Of a DNA stretch of 38,439 nucleotides, positions 34,337-38,439 are shown piece after piece (position 1 is the stretch's first letter; the number at the start of each line of letters is the position of its first letter). The notes under the pieces are model-generated. The model did no database searches. It was not told the origin of the DNA and worked only from the letters and a program-made list of their open reading frames with translations. The position numbers and the translations under genes are program-made. Origin of the DNA: Macrostomum lignano. Its lineage: Eukaryota. Location: the NCBI GenBank assembly GCA_002269645.1, contig NIVC01002994.1, forward strand, positions 1 to 38,439, read 5' to 3'.

Positions 34337-34789
34337 ATGAGCGAGAAAAACACTGAAGCAAGACTCAATCGATATGTTCGAGAGGGAAAACCAAGATATG
34401 TTACTGTAAATAAGCAAAAGCAATATCTTTCTAAAGAGAAGATTCGAGAATTGCAAGAGAAACAGAAAGAACATGAAGGTGGAATAATTCCTCTATTAGG
34501 CTTGCTACCAGCAATTTTGGGTGGTATTGGAGCAGCCTCCGGAGTTGGTACAATGATTGCAAAAAGTGTTAATACAGCCAACAATGCTAAGCATAATAAG
34601 ACAATAGAAAGCATTGAACGGCAAAAACTAGAAGAGTTGAAAAAGGCTCAAGGGAGTGGAGTATTAGTTGATGCGGCTAAAATAGTCGAACAAGTACCCA
34701 GCGAAGCAGTCAAGTGGCTGCTAAAGACGTTTAAAGTTGAAAAGGAGAAACAGGGTAATGGGATAATTCTTAGACCTCATGAAGCTTAG
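34337..34789 (+). CDS. Polinton core-like protein with an adenovirus pX-like hydrophobic segment (150 aa)
   Basis: Basic N-terminus, then EGGIIPLLGLLPAILGGIGAASGV, which recalls the GG(F/I)LP-hydrophobic tract of adenovirus pX. QGSG and QGNG motifs follow. Confidence 0.75.
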   Translation: MSEKNTEARLNRYVREGKPRYVTVNKQKQYLSKEKIRELQEKQKEHEGGIIPLLGLLPAILGGIGAASGVGTMIAKSVNTANNAKHNKTIESIERQKLEELKKAQGSGVLVDAAKIVEQVPSEAVKWLLKTFKVEKEKQGNGIILRPHEA

Positions 34790-34809
34790 TTGAAATTTCT
34801 CTTATAAAA

Positions 34810-36174
34810 ATGGAGAACAAAAAGGATATACTGAGCATATATGAGGACAAAACTTTTAGCTTTTTCAAAAAGAAAGAAGACTATATTAAGATTTCTCCAA
34901 CTCCAGGTAGCACTAATAATCTCAATGTTGCAGGAGGTCAAATAGTTCATGAAGTCAATTCAACAGAGTCATACATTCTCATGTCAGAGGCATTCGGTTG
35001 TATAAAATACTCAATAACACAACGAGATAACACCGACTTGAATACGAACATTACTCTAGAACATAATTGGCCTATGAGACTTTTCTCTCAACTCATAGTT
35101 GACATTGGAGGAACAAAGAAAGTCTATAATGATCCTGGAGAGTATGACACAATCTTAAAGTCCGTAATGTACTCAAAATTAATGAATGAAGTTGGAGAAG
35201 CATACGGATGGATTCCAGACACTGGAGATGCTGGGACTGTTTCTGATATACCTCTAGCAAACAACGCAGATGCTGAAGCTGTGAGAACTGCAGCAATCGC
35301 TATGAAAAATAGACTCAATAAGAAGGATTCGAATACTGGATACATTAGGAGGCTTGAAAATTATAACAATGTCACTAATGCTCCAAACAGAGGTGGAACA
35401 ATCAAACTATCATTAACACCTCTCATTGGGTTCCTTGATTGGCAGAAGATTAGCAAAGGAATTAAATATAAATTCACATGGACAAGAAAGACTAACGATG
35501 CTGAAATTTTCTTTGGAGCTGCCGGGACGGAAGCTAAGTTAACTATTAATAGCTTTGAGATTTGGATCCCTGCTATTACTTTGTCACCCAGTGCTGAAGC
35601 AGCTTTTCTAAAATCACTCAACAAGGACATTACAGTATCATTTCCAGAGAGGGTAACGGTTCCACCACAACTCATTCAAGGAAGTCCATATACATGGAAC
35701 ATAGCCAACATCTCCAATATGCCACTTGCAATCTTTGTAGCTTTCAAATATGACGTAAACAACCCATCATATATAGTTAATGATCACAAGTATGTGTCTT
35801 ACAAAACTGGAGCAAATTCAGTGAAAATAACCCAGCTTCAAGTCAGATTAAATCAGGTGATGTATCCGAATGATTATGTTGAAATTGATCCAGTAGCTCA
35901 AGACATTCACAGAGCGTATGAAATGTACGAAGACATCTGCAGCCGTTTCGGTGTAACTCCTCCATTCAATAAACAAGACTTTCTAACCATCTATCCAATC
36001 TTTTGCTTTGATCTAACAGCTCAAGATGAGTTTCTGGTCAAGAGTGGAGTGAATATTCAATTATTTATCAAGAAGTCAACAAATGTTGAGCTGACTGCTT
36101 TTGCACTAATTCTTGAACAAACAAAGAATGTAATAAAAGTTACCAGTGAATATCAAATGACCCGCGTCGAATAA
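34810..36174 (+). CDS. Major capsid protein (double jelly-roll, hexon-like; 454 aa)
   Basis: Size, beta-strand-rich composition, Polinton MCP-like C-terminal motifs (QLQVRLNQVMYP...AYEMY...YPIFCFDLT) and position between the core proteins and the ATPase. The ORF is intact. Confidence 0.85.
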   Translation: MENKKDILSIYEDKTFSFFKKKEDYIKISPTPGSTNNLNVAGGQIVHEVNSTESYILMSEAFGCIKYSITQRDNTDLNTNITLEHNWPMRLFSQLIVDIGGTKKVYNDPGEYDTILKSVMYSKLMNEVGEAYGWIPDTGDAGTVSDIPLANNADAEAVRTAAIAMKNRLNKKDSNTGYIRRLENYNNVTNAPNRGGTIKLSLTPLIGFLDWQKISKGIKYKFTWTRKTNDAEIFFGAAGTEAKLTINSFEIWIPAITLSPSAEAAFLKSLNKDITVSFPERVTVPPQLIQGSPYTWNIANISNMPLAIFVAFKYDVNNPSYIVNDHKYVSYKTGANSVKITQLQVRLNQVMYPNDYVEIDPVAQDIHRAYEMYEDICSRFGVTPPFNKQDFLTIYPIFCFDLTAQDEFLVKSGVNIQLFIKKSTNVELTAFALILEQTKNVIKVTSEYQMTRVE

Positions 36175-36195
36175 GGTCATTTTTTCTTTTTTTAA

Positions 36196-36965
36196 ATGCC
36201 CAAAGTAAAATTTCGGCATGATCCTATTTTCCCTAATCCTCTTTTATGTTGTATTATCGGCGCTACAAATACGGGTAAAACATATTTACTATTCCATATT
36301 CTTACAAGTCCTGAAAAACTAGTTGACTTTAATGAGTTAGTTTTATATGTTCCCAGAGCATCTCAAATGGATCCAGAGTATCAGTTTCTAAAGCATGGCT
36401 TTGAAAATGGTCTCCCACCTTCTCTTATCAACTCACTCTATCATGTCTACCAGGTGAGTGAGGATGCATCTCCTGAAGATATTAAGCATATTTGTCGAGG
36501 CAGCCGACCTGGTGAGTGCAAAGCACATCAGAAAATTCAGAAGTAATAGAGAAAATTTCTGTCACTCTTTCCCATACTCCAAATGAAGAAATTTTTCATA
36601 ATGGACTAAAGACATGTGTGATATTGGACGATGTTTTGGGAGAGGCTAATCAAACATTTCAGGAAAGTCTGTTTCAGAGAGGCAGGCATGGAAACTGTTG
36701 TGGTTTTTATCTAGCTCAAAATTTTACCAAACTAGATCGCAATACTGTCAGGGAGAATACGACATGTTACATAATCTTTAAACAAAAAGATACAAACTTA
36801 AATCACATTGCTAGAAATATAGAAACGAATTATGAACCCGCTATATTCAAGGCTAAATGTAGAGAGGCTTGGAAAAAGAAGTATGGCTATATCTATATAA
36901 ATACAAGAGCTGATGAGGATGAGCAAGATTTGTATAAGGATGTTCTAACTAAAATCCCATTGTAA
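36196..36965 (+). CDS. DNA-packaging ATPase (A32/FtsK-HerA-like), split into two frames at ~36516-36543
   Basis: Walker A GATNTGKT in ORF 36196-36546. Walker B VILDD plus RGRHGN, AQN and RENT motifs in ORF 36516-36965. Confidence 0.88.
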
Positions 36966-36967
36966 AA

Positions 36968-37695
36968 ATGACTAATGAATATATAAGAGAACTCATTAAT
37001 TTAGCAAAGCAGCGAGAAATGTACAAATCCAGAAATGATGCTCAACGCTATTTGAAAATTGGAGAAGAGAGTTTATATGCAAGAGTGGCTCCATTAGCTC
37101 AAAAACCTGTCACAGAAAAGCTCGATGAATTTATTGATGTCAATGCCAACCTTGTTGATAAACTTCAGAATCAAAAAGTTCCAGTTCCGCAATCAAGTAC
37201 ACCAAAAGGCCGATTTGAACCCTAGAAGTATTTGACAAAATAATTGAAGAAATTGGAAAGATTCCAATAACTCAAAGACCAGCGCCTAGTATACGGATTC
37301 AAAAAACTGATGCTGGATATATATTTGGATCATCTGTAATAGATGTTGAATTCCATGAACAAGGTCGAGACATCATTGTCAACGAATTCGAATGCCATTT
37401 TCTGAAGATCTTGAAGAGTTGTTCAAAATGCCTAAAGTAACTGAAAATGGTGAAGAGCTGAAGCAATTCAAGATGCAAACATTGCAGGATTATGTTAACC
37501 TCATTGAACATTGTAAAAATCCAGCGGCCAAATCAAGTGGGAATTATAAGCAAGCAGTAAGGATATTGAAAGATAATCCACCAGGATATCGAGTAAAACC
37601 GGGATCTGGACTCAGTGAAAGAGTGTTGACATTACTAGCCGCAAAAGCAGGGACATAACAATGTTGATAAAGAGCTAGTAGAATTACTTGCTTAA
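36968..37695 (+). CDS. Polinton hypothetical protein, apparently one gene broken by three frameshifts (~37221, ~37390, ~37651)
   Basis: ORF 36968-37225 continues as LEVFDKIIEEIG..., then ORF 37392-37658, then AGHNNVDKELVELLA*. The final TAA (37693-95) overlaps the next TAAAAATG. Confidence 0.6.
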
Positions 37696-37697
37696 AA

Positions 37698-38439
37698 ATG
37701 GAAAAAGAAATAGAAAAAGTCAACATCCTCTTGAGTAAAAAGTTTCAACGCACATTTGACTTCTTTTCAATTAAAAACCCATTTCGACAAACTCTAGGCA
37801 CTCCTATAAATTTGTATGAAGATCGAGAATACGAAGCTGGTATAAAAAAGTTTGCAGTCTTTGATGCTATTAACAATATTGAAGGAGGCAATAATGAGTT
37901 GCGATACTCGAGGGATAGTGGTAGAACATGGAAAAAATAAAGATTCAAGCGGGATCTTGGGAAGTTAAAAGTCTGTCAAGCGAGATTCAAAGATTGCTAA
38001 CAGCTGCAAATGATTGGAAAGAGGGGGCTATTGTTTTCAGTGCAAGCCTAGACACGCGTAGAGTTGAGTTACGGTTAGCCACAGAGTATCAAGTTGATTT
38101 CAGGGATGCACATTCCAATAACTTTAGAAGACTGTTGGGATTCAATTCGGAAGTGTATTTGAAACCATTTGAGAGAGCTCCAAATCCAGCTCGGATAGAC
38201 GGAGCTAGAAGTGCGATCATGGTTCGTTGTCTCAATATCAAAGGGGTTTTATCACTGATCCAGCCAATGGAAATCATTTAATTGATAAGCAAATACTTTC
38301 TTTCATTCCATCGTTTCTCTGTCCAATGGGAAGTAAAATTATTCAGAGCCTGCAAATCCTGTGTACCTACCACTAACTACAAACATGTTGAGCCACATTC
38401 GACTTTGTCATCGAAGATGAGTCTGGTGTTCTATACGAC
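37698..38439 (+). CDS. Minor capsid protein (penton-like), frameshifted at ~37935, ~38245 and ~38346; runs off the window
   Basis: Joined frames give INNI...NNELRY...W..IKIQAGSWEV..L...LLGF...GSKII..PANPVYLPL, the pattern of Polinton minor capsid proteins. Confidence 0.75.

Larger units (their letters stand above)
31191..38439 (+). mobile_element. Polinton/Maverick (adintovirus-like) endogenous DNA virus, left portion; continues past the window end
   Basis: Compact, AT-rich, same-strand gene run with retroviral-type integrase, PLA2, DJR-type major capsid, A32/FtsK-like ATPase and minor capsid protein. The candidate terminus AGTAGTAGT at 31191 resembles Polinton ends. pPolB and the protease are not in the window, and the left boundary is tentative. 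Confidence 0.92.

Noticed and set aside
32833-38277. Short minus-strand ORFs within the Polinton (e.g. 33053, 34255, 35124, 35361, 37299, 37745)
   Set aside because: Antisense shadows of the plus-strand genes with no motifs or start signal.
13802-38439. Functional link between the nearby lectin/DM9 genes and the viral insertion
   Set aside because: Proximity alone; no shared sequence or regulatory evidence.

Overview
Animal (metazoan) nuclear DNA in two parts. Host part (1 to ~31,100): five intron- or repeat-embedded genes. These are three exons of a LIV-1/SLC39A zinc transporter (-), an intronless secreted C-type lectin-PAN protein (+), a small Cys-rich protein (-), a complete 4-exon CDC34/UBE2R E2 enzyme (+) and a two-exon DM9-repeat protein (+). 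They are separated by many micro/minisatellite arrays, MITE-like foldbacks and a dead LINE fragment; the long repeat-derived ORFs are artefacts. Viral part (~31,190 to the window end): an integrated Polinton/Maverick (adintovirus-like) element with PLA2-integrase, two small core-like proteins, major capsid protein, packaging ATPase, an unknown ORF and a minor capsid protein; the last three are frameshifted. Main discovery: the PLA2-integrase gene is split by an 880-nt group I intron (31846-32725) whose P1, P2, P2.1, P3, P4, P6, P7, P8, P9 and P9.0 helices can be paired by eye. The intron carries a restriction-enzyme-like PD-(D/E)XK nuclease ORF, resembling the Eco47II family, inserted in the P2.1 loop. 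The intron sits inside the Gly-Pro codon pair of the PLA2 GPG motif, so the spliced or intron-less junction reads GGT^CC, a GGNCC site (the Eco47II/Sau96I target). A manual scan found no GGNCC in the 7.2 kb of element DNA. Inference: a self-splicing intron plus a short-site nuclease that attacks intron-less relatives at a site they cannot remove by synonymous change. No computation or database search was run; all family names come from motif recognition.
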